Part shown: piece after piece, positions 35,562 to 45,667 of the stretch
Layout: each line of letters starts with the position of its first letter
Numbering within the stretch: position 1 is the first letter of the stretch
Origin: Candidatus Spongiisociaceae bacterium
GTDB taxonomy: Bacteria > Actinomycetota > Acidimicrobiia > Spongiisociales > Spongiisociaceae
Direction: 5' to 3'
NCBI GenBank assembly: GCA_965262915.1
Contig: OZ253564.1
Location: forward strand, 1,920,001-1,984,000
Length of the DNA stretch: 64,000 nucleotides
Made by a program: the position numbers and the translations under genes
Notes under the pieces: model-generated
The model's database searches: none
The model's input: the letters and a program-made list of their open reading frames with translations, nothing else
What the model was told of the DNA's origin: nothing

Positions 35562-35915
35562 GGGGGTGAACTGGTTTCGACGTCGATAGTCGAGGTGTCG
35601 GAAGCGAGCCGAGGTCGCCGGAGTCCTCGTTAAATAGCCGGTAACAACCATAAGTGCCAGACCAAACCTTGCACTGGCTGCCTAGATAGACAGCCCGTCC
35701 GCCCGGGGGGTTCCTGCCCCGTCGGTGCCGGGCGTCGCTTAGCAGGATGGATCTCCGGGGTTCCCGGACCGGAGTATCGAGACTGATTCGGGATTAGGGC
35801 GGCCGGTCGCTCGCCGATGGAGTCCGGTCTCCCGAATGCTCGCCGTCGGCTGCGCTCGGAGATGCCGGCGCTGAGGTATCGACGGACCGGGGTTCGATTC
35901 CCCGCACCTCCACCA
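35562..35915 (+). ncRNA. ssrA: tmRNA, tag peptide (A)ARPNLALAA*
   Basis: 5' GGGGGTG pairs with 3' CACCTCC-ACCA with G3-U70; T arm GGTTCGATTCC; tag ORF 35656-35685; TACACT -10 at 35541; follows smpB. Confidence 0.96.
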
Positions 35916-36204
35916 GTGACCTGCGGATATACTCCCAGGTCACAGGTTATTTGGAGGTTTGACTTATCATTTTGAGTATCGTCCGTCATACGCGTCTTGA
36001 TGAAGGCAGGCGCAGGCATCGTGAATGCGAATCGGCTGTTCGTAATCGTGCCAACAGCGCGACGGCGGATATTCTCTGGGAGCCATTGGCGACACGAAGG
36101 ACAGGTCAGGGCCGAAGACGGCCTTGGTCGGGTAGATACACCCCGACATCCGAAACCGGGTAACCATCACACTCTCCGGAAAGGCGGGGGTGCCTCTGTG
36201 TATG

Positions 36205-37264
36205 TCAAGCCGCCTTTGGATGGGGTCTGTTGACGTGGTGTCGGTGTCGTTCGTCGGCGAGCCTGATCCGCTAAACGCGCGATGCGATTTTGCGTTTGAG
36301 GCAGCGCATCGCTGCTTTGTGGGTCTTCCCTTCGTTGATCTTGCGGTCGCAGTATCGGCGGCCGGTGCTGTTGTGCATGCGGACCCGGGTGACAGCGATG
36401 AGATGCAGCGCCGAGGTCAGTTTCCGGTCACCGCTGCGTAACAGCCGGTGGACGGCCCGCTCGCCGGTGGAGACCTCTACGGGTGCGACACCGGCATAGC
36501 TAGCGAACGCGTCGGCGTTGGGGAACCCACAAGCCCCGGCCGCAGCGGCCTATGAGACGAACTGCCAGCACCGGCCCGATACCGTCAACGTCGAGCAGCC
36601 TGCTGGGGTAGTCGTGGAGCGCTTGGGTCATCTGCGCGGTTATCCCTTCCAGCCGGGTGTCAATACCTCGGATCTCGCGTACCAGGTCCCACCCGAGCGC
36701 CTTGCGGGTTGCTTCTGGTGGTGTCTTGGGACGGACTTTGCGTAGAGTATCCCCGCTGTGTTGGCCTTGAGCGCTTTGGGTGCGCCGCCCGGGATCAGGT
36801 CTCCGACACAGGGCGTGGGGCTGGTTTACGGACCGGACCCGCTGAGCCGCCAGGTTCGCCCGTCGCTTCTCCAACAGGGCGAACACCACAGTCTCGTCCT
36901 CCGCGACGACTACCGACGCGTCGCCTTGAAGCGCTGGAACATGGGCTGCCGCCGCAGCGGCGTCGATCACATCGTTCTTGCGTCGTCCGCCGCGGGACAG
37001 TTCACGCACCCGGGCGGTCGCGGCAGTCGACGCGTCGAGCACGGTCTCGTCTTGGGCGACCAGCCACTGCGCGAGATGACAGCCCAGGCCTTGGGCGTTT
37101 TCTACCGCCCAGCGTCGCTCACCGAACTGCCGTGCCCAGCGCAGCAACTGCCGATAACCGGCGACGCTGGCATCGACCCGCAACGACCCCACCGCCGTGT
37201 TCGTCGATGCGTCAACCGCCGTGGCGGTGTGGTTGGTCTTATGCGGATCAACCCCGATAATCAT
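36205..37264 (-). pseudogene. IS110 recombinase/transposase with frameshifts and an internal stop
   Basis: MIIGVDPHK, WAVEN, KNDVIDA (DEDD), DGIGPV, FASYAGVAPVEVSTG, HRL.RSGDRKL; several frame changes; TAG near 36271. Confidence 0.9.
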
Positions 37265-37294
37265 GCTCTTCCTTGGTCTCAGAGGAATGGGACA

Positions 37295-37480
37295 CCGTGG
37301 TCGGCATGCCGACATCGAGACCCACTACGGGGGAATCGCGCCTCTGTTGAGCCAGACCGCAGCCGGCCGTCAACTGGGAGGCCCACCCCGGGAGAGCCAA
37401 CCAAAAGGTGGTAGGCGATTCACGAGCCAACCCAGCCAAGGACCTACCAGACGCTACGACCCCACAGCCACAGCGACCAG
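37295..37480 (-). ncRNA. Putative IS110 bridge RNA
   Basis: Two stem-internal loop-hairpin modules; loop sequences match the flanking target (12/13) and the element's right end (9/10); ends approximate. Confidence 0.7.
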
Positions 37481-38132
37481 CCCACACATACAAAGTCGGC
37501 GATTCACTCCCGAGTTGATTCCACTCCCTCCGCAGAGATTCGACAGTTCTACCCGTTGGGTCGCCTCTTACGAAAGTCAGTTATCACTTCCAGTGAAACC
37601 GGTCAATCCTGGTTGGTCGATGGGGTGATCGCGTGGGCGTCAGGTGATAAGGCCGGGTGCTATGAATACAGGGAGCGCTCCGTGTTTCCCAGACGGCGGA
37701 ATCTGGCACTGGTGGAACGGTTGTGGTCGTCCCCGAACTCGCCGAGCGCCCGGCAGCCCGGGCCCCTACCCTGATCCCAGCCGCTTGGGGACTGTCACCC
37801 GCAACCCGACGATGGTTGTGACGGTCGGTACGTACGAGATCAGCCAGCAGCTTCGATCCGAGCGGGCTGGTCTTGCTCATCCCAGCCCGCGACGGTCCCG
37901 GTAGCGGAACACGGGACCTATGGGGTGCACGATTGGAGGCTGTGCCCTGGATACTCGGGACGTGAGCGTCGTCGGGTGTCGTGCAGTTCGTCTGCAGATC
38001 CGTTCGCCATCACCACCCGGTGACGCAGCCGGGGTACCGGGTTCTCGCGCCTGCCCGTGGCGCGATTTTGCCGAGTAAGCTCTGGGGTATCTAATATTGA
38101 TCGTTGGCTCGCCGAGCCTGGAGACGGGCCGA

Positions 38133-38567
38133 ATGTTCAGAACTGGCTTTGAAGACATACAGGTCGGAGACCTCCAGATGTCGTTGGGGCGGACGATTGA
38201 TTCGGCCGACCTTTTGGCCTACTCGATGCTCTCCGGCGATTGGGCTGCGCACCACATCGACGCCGAATACACCGCACGCACCCGGTTCCGGGGGCGCATC
38301 GCCCATGGAACTATCCCGCTCGCCGCCGTCTTCGGTCTTCTCCGCCTGCCACCCGACTCGACCTGGAAGCTCATCTATGGGTTGCGGAGCGTACGTTGGA
38401 TTGCGCCTGTTTGCATCGACGACACGATTCGCGGGAGGCTCGAGGTCAAAGGCAAGCACGATAGCAAGGGACCAACCGGAACGCTGGAACTGGTCCTTAC
38501 GGTCTTGAATCAACGGGATGTGGAAGTGATGGTGGCACCGCTCAAATCAGAGGTCGCTCGTGGCTGA
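38133..38567 (+). CDS. MaoC-like hotdog dehydratase
   Basis: FEDIQVG, SGDWAAHHID..RIAHG, GLRSVRWIAPV.IDDTI. Confidence 0.85.
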   Translation: MFRTGFEDIQVGDLQMSLGRTIDSADLLAYSMLSGDWAAHHIDAEYTARTRFRGRIAHGTIPLAAVFGLLRLPPDSTWKLIYGLRSVRWIAPVCIDDTIRGRLEVKGKHDSKGPTGTLELVLTVLNQRDVEVMVAPLKSEVARG

Positions 38568-38606
38568 CCAAGCCCTGGCGCGCAGAGCAGGCCTGGGGTT
38601 TGCATC

Positions 38607-39089
38607 GTGGTGAGCAGATTCTTCGATGAGTCGAAGGTCGGAGATGTCAACTACTCGCGAGAACGGGTTATCTCCGAGGGCGACGTACAGAGGTTTTGTG
38701 GATTCAGCGGCGACTGGTTCGGCTCTTGGAGCTTCGCCCACATGGATCGGGACACGGGACTCGATCAAGAGTTCGAGCGAGACCAACTGCATGGAACGGC
38801 CATCATCGGTTTGAGCTACGGGCTGCAGTATCTCGAGAACCCCAACGTCATCGTCGCCGCCTACGGGTACGACGACATCGAGCACTTACGTCCGTTGTGG
38901 ATCGGTGACTCCATTCGCTACGAGTTCGAAGTCATCGCAAAAGAAGACCGCGGTGATGGCACCGGCACGTTGAGCACCGAGACGCGTATCTTCAATCAGC
39001 ACGACGAACTCGTCCTCCGATTTACGACACGCTCGCGAACCCGGACAAGGGAGAATTGGGAAGCGATCGAGCGTCGCGGCCTCGAGTGA
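38607..39089 (+). CDS. MaoC-like hotdog dehydratase (second copy)
   Basis: FFDESKVG, SGDW..HMD..LHG, YGYDDIEHLRPLWIGDSI, NQHDE. Confidence 0.82.
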   Translation: MVSRFFDESKVGDVNYSRERVISEGDVQRFCGFSGDWFGSWSFAHMDRDTGLDQEFERDQLHGTAIIGLSYGLQYLENPNVIVAAYGYDDIEHLRPLWIGDSIRYEFEVIAKEDRGDGTGTLSTETRIFNQHDELVLRFTTRSRTRTRENWEAIERRGLE

Positions 39090-39094
39090 GCAGG

Positions 39095-39767
39095 TTATTG
39101 GGAAGCCGGGGCGTCGTCCTCAGCCACAGTCCTGGTGAGCCCCTGGCGTGACGGACCAGTCTCGGGTCGCGCTCCTTGGAACCGCCAGGGGTCATCGATC
39201 GGCCCCGTGGTGGGAGGTGGCCGAACTCCATCGCGGACACGACCAGATCTCCTTGCCCTGCTTCGCGGTAACGGCACACTGCGGCGGGTTTGTCGGCGCG
39301 AGACGCTTTGGGCCACCACACCCGGTCATACCAAGTCTCGACTTCGGGCCATGCTTCCGGAGCCACGTGAAGGCTCTCGATGCGCACGGCCACCGGCGGA
39401 ACCGCCGTAGCCGGAGACGGAGTGCTGGACCGTGTCACCAGACCGACGAAGACCGTGAAGTAGTCGGCGATCACGCTCGGGGCAATGCGCTGCGTTCATG
39501 GCGACGGATTTCGCCGCTGCTGTTCGAAACCTGCAGACCGATATGTCCGGACGTCTTCTAACGCGTACCAGGCCAGATGCTTCGGCCCACCCTCCACAGC
39601 CTCGAAGCGCGCCGCCCACAACACGCCTGGTATCGCCGCCAGATCCGGCAGATGCTCCTGGTTGTGAATTCGGCCTCATGGACCTGAGGCATGTCTGCCC
39701 ATACCAACAGAACCCCGCCCTTCGGCTCCCGCTCGTGCGATGCTCCGCCACTCACCTTGTCGTCCAT
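39095..39767 (-). pseudogene. Two-domain EthD/DUF4286-like protein, disrupted
   Basis: LLVWADMP..EAEF, HLPDLAAIPGVLWARRFEA..HLAWYALE, second domain EVETWYD; frameshifts and a TGA near 39497. Confidence 0.6.
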
Positions 39768-39810
39768 GCCATCGCGCCGTCCGCTCTTTAGCCGGCTACC
39801 GATCTCTCGA

Positions 39811-40887
39811 TCAGCTCTCCGGCCCCGGTCGTATGACAGCCCTGATCGGACGGCCTGACTGTTTGGGGCCCATCATCTCGACGGCCTCGGAAACGCCCCC
39901 AAGGGGGAAGGTTCTTGACACCATCTCATGGAACGGGATCTCCTTGTGCTGCAGCAGACGCAGTGCAGTCCGGTACGAACCCGCGCCCTTTTCGAACACG
40001 CCGCGCAGTTCGATGTCGTTCCATACCAGTCGATCGAGGTTCACCGTCGATGACCTTCCGCTCAGGCCTGCCCAAATTAGGCGACCCTGGGGGGGTAATA
40101 AGCCGAGGTCGGCTTCGACCGCAGTTGCGTCGCCGGACGCATCGATCACCAGTTCCGGTCCGGGGTCGCCGACGAGGCGGCGGACTTTCGTCGGCTCCCC
40201 CTCGCCGGCGAGAAGCACCGCATCAGCCCCGAGTCGTTGTGCCAGCTTGTGGCGAGGTTCATCAGCATCACGCCCGATCAACACTACGGCGTCGGCTCCG
40301 GCGTGGCGGGCAACCGCCACACATGCCATCCCGTGGGCACCGTCACCGCGGACTACCACGGAAACGCCGGGACCTGCGCGTCCGACTTCAATCGTCCATG
40401 AGACGGCATTTGCTACTACCGACGCCAGGACCGCCGACTCAGGAGACACACTGTCGGGAATCCGATGGACAATCGAACCGGGCGCGAGGTACATCTCGTC
40501 GGCCATTGCACCCCAAAGGTGCGGCGGGACATCACACGATGTCGTCGTTCCGTAGCCCTTTCGGGCGGGGCAGTACTTGTAGATGCCCCTGCGGCACCAC
40601 GCGCAGCGGCCGCACGGAACCGTTGATTCGACGGCAACTCGATCTCCTGTCGTCACGTCCCACCGCTCTGCCGCGGCCGGTCCGATCCGCGCGATTCGCC
40701 CCACAATCTCATGTCCGAGGACCAGCGGAAGAGGAGCATCGATTTCGCCGTTGAAGAGGTGATAGTCGGTGCCGCAGACACCCGCTGACTCAACGGCAAG
40801 CACGGCGTCGTCGTCTCGTGGCCTTATCGCCTCGAACTGCCTTATCTCGACAGAGCCCGGCCTGGTAACCACCGCTGCTCGGACCAC
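39811..40887 (-). CDS. Zinc-binding medium-chain alcohol dehydrogenase
   Basis: GVCGTD, LGHE, CGRCAWCRRG..C; NAD motif atypical (RGDGAHG). Confidence 0.88.
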   Translation of the reverse strand: MVRAAVVTRPGSVEIRQFEAIRPRDDDAVLAVESAGVCGTDYHLFNGEIDAPLPLVLGHEIVGRIARIGPAAAERWDVTTGDRVAVESTVPCGRCAWCRRGIYKYCPARKGYGTTTSCDVPPHLWGAMADEMYLAPGSIVHRIPDSVSPESAVLASVVANAVSWTIEVGRAGPGVSVVVRGDGAHGMACVAVARHAGADAVVLIGRDADEPRHKLAQRLGADAVLLAGEGEPTKVRRLVGDPGPELVIDASGDATAVEADLGLLPPQGRLIWAGLSGRSSTVNLDRLVWNDIELRGVFEKGAGSYRTALRLLQHKEIPFHEMVSRTFPLGGVSEAVEMMGPKQSGRPIRAVIRPGPES

Positions 40888-41053
40888 ACAACCTCCCATG
40901 CGACTCCCAGCCGGTCAAGCATCAACACGGCCCGGTCCGGGGACCGATTCTCACCGGCGGCTCGCACCTTACGCTCAGAGACAGAACATACCCGGCGCCG
41001 TCATACAAGGCTGAGCGCAGGTACCGTGCCATCATCGACGTTAGGAGGTCGGA

Positions 41054-41398
41054 GTGCTCCAGACCACATCGGGGGAAGAGATTTCCGACGTAGTGGCCCA
41101 ATATTTCGCCGCGGTCATGGGGCGTGATCCTGATGGCCTGAGGAAGGTGTTCGCCGAAGATGCCGTTCTGCAGGATCCGATGGGCATCCGACGCGGTCCC
41201 ACCCAGATCGTGAGTGGGTTTGTGGATCGCTTCTTCGGATCGGAGGATTTTGTCCCTGAGCCGGGGCCACTGCTCATCGAGGGTGACCGCGTGGCGGTCG
41301 AGATCAGCTTGCGTCTCGGCGGCGAGGTCGTTCGCCTCGCCGACTTCTTCACCATCGCCGATGGCAAGATCACCCGGCTCGACATTTACCGGGGCTGA
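41054..41398 (+). CDS. SnoaL/NTF2-like protein
   Basis: YFAAV..VFAEDAVLQDP..EGDRVAVE..ADGKITRL; RBS AGGAGG. Confidence 0.8.
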   Translation: MLQTTSGEEISDVVAQYFAAVMGRDPDGLRKVFAEDAVLQDPMGIRRGPTQIVSGFVDRFFGSEDFVPEPGPLLIEGDRVAVEISLRLGGEVVRLADFFTIADGKITRLDIYRG

Positions 41399-43026
41399 TC
41401 GACCGGACCCTGCGACGATCTCTTCGGGCGGCTTGCATCGCCTACTCGCCCGAGACTATCCCACGTGGCTCCGGTCGCTCCCGAGTTCCGCAGCTCCTGT
41501 TTCTGGACCCGGCCGAGTACCGAGCGAGGCAGGCTCTCAACCAACTCGACATACCTGGGGACCATGTGCTCGGGTAGATAGTTCCGCAGGAACTCGATGA
41601 AGTCACTGGTTTCGAGCGTCGAGCCCGGTTCGAGCTCCAAGACGATCTTCAGTTCCTCGTCGCCGAAGGCGTCCGGCACTCCAACGAGGACGGCTTCCAC
41701 GACGCCGCTGTACCTGGCGGCGGTCTGCTCGATGTCGTACACGGGAATCCGGGTGCCGCGTCTTCTGATTGCATCGGTCTCGCGGCGCACGAAGTACATG
41801 AACCCGGCCTCGTCCCGATAACCCACGTCTCCTGTGTGGTACCAGAGGTTGCGGAACGCTTCCAGGGTCTCGTCCGGCTGCTTGTAGTAGCCTTCCATGA
41901 TCGTAAATGGCAGGCGTGGCCTGGCGACGAATTCACCTTCCGCTCCGGGCGGAAGTTCCCGGCCTATAGCATCGACGACCCTCATCTCAGCTCCGCCCGG
42001 CATCGGGCGACCGCAAGACCCGAGGGGTGTTCCGTCGAATGGGCTCGTCGTGAGGGCGAGCGTCTCCGTCACAGCGTACCCGTCGAGGAGCTTCACTCCG
42101 AAGCGTTGCTCGAAGTCGCGATGGATGTCTTTGGGCATCGGGTTGCCGACGATGTAGTGCAGTGGGTGGTCCAGGTCGTCATCGCGCACGGGTTGGGACC
42201 AGAGGATAGGCACCATCCCACCGACCAGCATCGTCATGGTCGCGCTCGAGTCGCGAACGTTATCCCAGAACTGGCTTGCGCTGAACTTGTCGATGATCGC
42301 CAGCTGGGCGCCGACCAGCAGCGGGGTCAACAAGGCATGGAACTGGATGCCGTGGAAGAGCGGGAGGCAACAGAGGAACGTACCGTCGGTGTCGAGGATC
42401 GGTCTCTCATACGACTCGCTCTGTCTGGTGATGTTGGAGACGGCAAAATTGTGCGTGATCATGACGCCCTTCGGCGGCCCGGTCGTTCCGCCCGTGTAGA
42501 TGACGCCGACGAGGTCGTGGGGCCTAACTTCGGGAAAGGCACCACCGTCATCGGTCGCGTAGAGCGCATCGAGGGACAGAAGCGTCGCGGCCGGAAAGGC
42601 AGGCACGGTGGATATGTCTCCCCGTCCCACGAGAGTTGTCAACGACGGAGCGAGTTCCAGCTCCGATCGAAGCCCACGGAGCCGGTCGGCTTCTGCTATG
42701 AGAACGGTGGCGTCGCAGTGGCCGAGGACGTATTCGAGAGGCTGGCCCCGGAACTGCGGATTGATCGGTACGTGGACCGCACCAAGCTTGGCTAGGGCGT
42801 AGAAGAGCACAACGAAGTCGTCACAGTTCGGAAGCATCACTGCCACTTTGGCTGCTCTGTCGATGCCGATGCGGGCCAGGCCCGATGCCAGATGGGCGAC
42901 GCGGTCGGCCAATTCTCCGTAGGTGACTGTCCCGGATCCGTGGCTGAGGTAGACCCGATCGGCGTAAGCGGCTGTGAACCGGTCGAAGGTTCCGCCAACC
43001 GTTGTCATCTCAGGATGTTCGCTCAC
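41386..43026 (-). CDS. ATP-dependent acyl-CoA ligase (CaiC-like)
   Basis: YTGGTTGPPKGV, PLFH, GYAVTE, WYHTGD, IRRRG, LPRSVLGRVQK. Confidence 0.9.
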   Translation of the reverse strand: MSEHPEMTTVGGTFDRFTAAYADRVYLSHGSGTVTYGELADRVAHLASGLARIGIDRAAKVAVMLPNCDDFVVLFYALAKLGAVHVPINPQFRGQPLEYVLGHCDATVLIAEADRLRGLRSELELAPSLTTLVGRGDISTVPAFPAATLLSLDALYATDDGGAFPEVRPHDLVGVIYTGGTTGPPKGVMITHNFAVSNITRQSESYERPILDTDGTFLCCLPLFHGIQFHALLTPLLVGAQLAIIDKFSASQFWDNVRDSSATMTMLVGGMVPILWSQPVRDDDLDHPLHYIVGNPMPKDIHRDFEQRFGVKLLDGYAVTETLALTTSPFDGTPLGSCGRPMPGGAEMRVVDAIGRELPPGAEGEFVARPRLPFTIMEGYYKQPDETLEAFRNLWYHTGDVGYRDEAGFMYFVRRETDAIRRRGTRIPVYDIEQTAARYSGVVEAVLVGVPDAFGDEELKIVLELEPGSTLETSDFIEFLRNYLPEHMVPRYVELVESLPRSVLGRVQKQELRNSGATGATWDSLGRVGDASRPKRSSQGPVDQPR

Positions 43027-43111
43027 AAACCAGCCTTCACAACGCTCACATCCGGGGTAACGTTGCGGGAATGTCTATGCACAAGGACCGACCGTGGAGA
43101 GGATGGCGATC

Positions 43112-44926
43112 ATGCCTAGATTGAGTCTGAAGCGTAGCATTCCGGCAGTTGCTACGGTCCTGGTGCTCCTTGCCGCTGCGTGCGGTGACACCGCCGACAC
43201 GACTACTACCACCGCAGCGGCGACGACTCAGCCTGCGGCACCTGCTACGACCCAGGCCGAGGCAGCGGCGACGACCCAGGCCGAGGCAGCGGCGACGACC
43301 CAGGCCGAGGCAGCGGCGACGACCCAGGCTGCGGCAGCGGCGACGACCCAGGCTGCGGCAGCGGCGACGACCCAGGCTGCGGCAGCGGCGACGACCCAGC
43401 CCCCACAACCCGCCGTCAGCGGAACCGTGACGGTCGCACTGGCCAATCTCGGCACTGAATCCCTCGATCCCGGACTCGGGCAGAGCCGGGACAAGCTCTA
43501 TTGGGGCCCGATGTACGACTTCTTCATCGGTGCGGATCCCGATGGCAACCTGTCTCCGGATCTCGGGGCGTTGGAGCGATGGGACGCCAATGCCGACGCG
43601 ACGGAGTGGACACTCACCATCCGCACGGGAATGCGGTGGCACGATGGCACACCGGTCACGGCGGACGACGGCGTGTTCTCGATCGAGCGGTACCTGGCCG
43701 AGGATGCCGTCTGTAGCAGATGTCCGGCGTTGCAGAACCTGATCAACCGGGCCGAGAAGGTCGACCAGCAGACCTTCAGGGTGATCCTTGACTCCCCGTT
43801 CCCGTCCTTCGATGGAGACCTCAGTCCGTTGTCGGGCACCATCCCGATCCTTCCCAAGCACTACTTCGAGGCAGTGGGAGCGGCAGAATTCGGCAACAAC
43901 CCGATGGGGAGCGGGCCCTTCAAGTTCGTCGAACGCCAGATCGGGGAGTCGATCGAATTCGAGGCCAATCTCGACTATTGGAACCCGGACCGCGTTCCCA
44001 CGGTGGAGAGGCTCCGAATCATCGCGGTGCCTGAGGCCTTCAATCGCCTCACCCTCCTCGGCACCGGTGAGTTGGACCTCGCCCTTATGAGCCCCGTGCT
44101 CATAGACGACATCCTGGAAAGCGGGTTTCGCGTGATGGGACCCCAGAAGGTCCATACAGTGATGGCTGCTCTGGGACAGAGTTGGCGCGAGGACTACGAC
44201 ACAAGGCTGCTCGACATGCGTCGAGCCATGGCGCTGGCGGTAGATCAGGTGGCCCTCGTGAATGCCGTCTACGGGGACTCTGGGGTCCCGGCAGCCTCGT
44301 TCATAGGTTCCCCCGTCCACCCCGGCTACGACCCAACTCTCGAGGTCTACCCCTACGACCCCGGAGAGGCGACCCGAATCCTCCAAGATGCGGGCCTCGC
44401 CGGGTCCACTGTCACGATCTACACATGGACGAGCTTCTCGGCCCTGCCTGAAGCACCTCTGGTGCTCGAAGCGATCGCGGCATTCCTCGATCAAGTCGGG
44501 CTCGAGACCGAGATCGTCCCGACCGACTTTGCCTCCATCGCCCCGCAGCTCTACATGTCCGAGGGGTCGGAGGCCGGCATCGAGGGCGACAACGCAATCC
44601 ACATCTGGTTCGTCCAATCGGCTGGCTCTCTGGAGAGTGCGATCCGATTCGGGCTCGTTTGTCAGGCAGACGGAGGCAACTTTGGCGCGTATTGGGACTG
44701 CCCAACCGTGAACCGACTGTATGGCGATCTCTTGTCGTCGTCGGACGTTGCGAAGCGACACGAGATCGCTTTGGAGCTCAATCGCGCGGCGCATGACACG
44801 TTCGCCGCCCTTCCTGTCGCCCTAGTCGATCAGGTGTGGGCAGTCGGACCCCGGGTGACGGGCTGGTCCCCTACGGACTTTTCGTCCGAAGACCCACGTT
44901 ACGAAACGATCAGCATCTCGGGCTGA
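43112..44926 (+). CDS. Family 5 (Opp/Dpp-type) ABC substrate-binding lipoprotein
   Basis: Lipobox LAAAC, Ala/Thr linker, WHDGTPVTADD, GSGPFKF, YDP. Confidence 0.9.
   Translation: MPRLSLKRSIPAVATVLVLLAAACGDTADTTTTTAAATTQPAAPATTQAEAAATTQAEAAATTQAEAAATTQAAAAATTQAAAAATTQAAAAATTQPPQPAVSGTVTVALANLGTESLDPGLGQSRDKLYWGPMYDFFIGADPDGNLSPDLGALERWDANADATEWTLTIRTGMRWHDGTPVTADDGVFSIERYLAEDAVCSRCPALQNLINRAEKVDQQTFRVILDSPFPSFDGDLSPLSGTIPILPKHYFEAVGAAEFGNNPMGSGPFKFVERQIGESIEFEANLDYWNPDRVPTVERLRIIAVPEAFNRLTLLGTGELDLALMSPVLIDDILESGFRVMGPQKVHTVMAALGQSWREDYDTRLLDMRRAMALAVDQVALVNAVYGDSGVPAASFIGSPVHPGYDPTLEVYPYDPGEATRILQDAGLAGSTVTIYTWTSFSALPEAPLVLEAIAAFLDQVGLETEIVPTDFASIAPQLYMSEGSEAGIEGDNAIHIWFVQSAGSLESAIRFGLVCQADGGNFGAYWDCPTVNRLYGDLLSSSDVAKRHEIALELNRAAHDTFAALPVALVDQVWAVGPRVTGWSPTDFSSEDPRYETISISG
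43244..43399 (+). repeat. 24-bp coding tandem repeat (ATTQA[E/A]AA)x6
   Basis: GCGACGACCCAGGC(CGA/TGC)GGCAGCG units. Confidence 0.9.
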
Positions 44927-45009
44927 AGGCACTGCTCGGCGCCACGGGAAGGGTTCTGAGTGCTGCGTTCCCTGCGTGGACGCCGAAAGGAAGGTAAGGG
45001 AGGTTGAAC

Positions 45010-45333
45010 TTGATCGTCGACTATCGGGCATACACATTCAAGCCGGGTTCCGTGCCCACGTTTCTTCGGATGTTCGAAGAGGAAGGGCTTGAGATCCAGC
45101 AGCGGATCTGTGGGCGCTTCCTGGGGATCTTCCGGACTGAGGTCGGCAACCTGAATGAAATCATCCAGATGTGGGGGTACGACAGCCTTGCCGAACGCGA
45201 GCGGCGGCGGAAGCTGTTGTTCGAGGATGAGCATTTTCTCGATTACGCCGAGAGAGCCCGGGAAATCATCGTGTCTCAGGAAGTTCGCGTCCTGGAGATG
45301 CCGGCTTTCGCGGCTCACGAGTTGATCGGGTAG
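45010..45333 (+). CDS. NIPSNAP family protein
   Basis: IVDYRAYTFKPG..TEVGNLNEIIQMWGYDSLAERERRR. Confidence 0.85.
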   Translation: MIVDYRAYTFKPGSVPTFLRMFEEEGLEIQQRICGRFLGIFRTEVGNLNEIIQMWGYDSLAERERRRKLLFEDEHFLDYAERAREIIVSQEVRVLEMPAFAAHELIG

Positions 45334-45667
45334 AAACCGCTAAGCCGTCGCTCCGGCATCGAGTCCGAGTTATGCACCGGTATCGAAGAGGTCCCTCCTA
45401 CGCTTGACGGAGACCCGGTTGTCCACGATGCAACTCGTACTACTCGTACGATCCGAGCACGAGGCCCACGCCGTTGCTCCTTCAGCGACCACCTGAACCC
45501 GGAGACCATGGCGGGCCTGCCATCGGGACTCTCGTGAGCCCTGCCGATCAAATGGATCGCTCGACGGTGCATGGTCGGTTCCGAGGCGTCCGGCCCGAGT
45601 ACAGTGGGTGTCGCGGCTTCCGAGCAGCGACCGGAATGCGGCGGTGAAGCGAGCCCGGAGGCGCTTG

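Larger units (their letters stand above)
36190..37496 (-). mobile_element. IS110-family insertion sequence (decayed) bounded by AC core dinucleotides (GT on +)
   Basis: Transposase remnant plus about 230-bp non-coding left end; no TIRs; core at 36190-91 and 37495-96. Confidence 0.85.

Noticed and set aside
35916-36190. Integrase or att duplication at ssrA
   Set aside because: No tyrosine or serine recombinase ORF and no second copy of the tmRNA 3' end within the window
37510-38090. Possible gene remnant after the IS110
   Set aside because: No frame gives a recognisable protein
43244-43399. Tandem repeats as a CRISPR array (also 61181-61297 and 22635-22673)
   Set aside because: No unique spacers, in-frame coding or simple repeats, and no cas genes
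45335-45660. Short ORFs in island spacers (also 46446-46694)
   Set aside because: No motif, RBS or codon bias support
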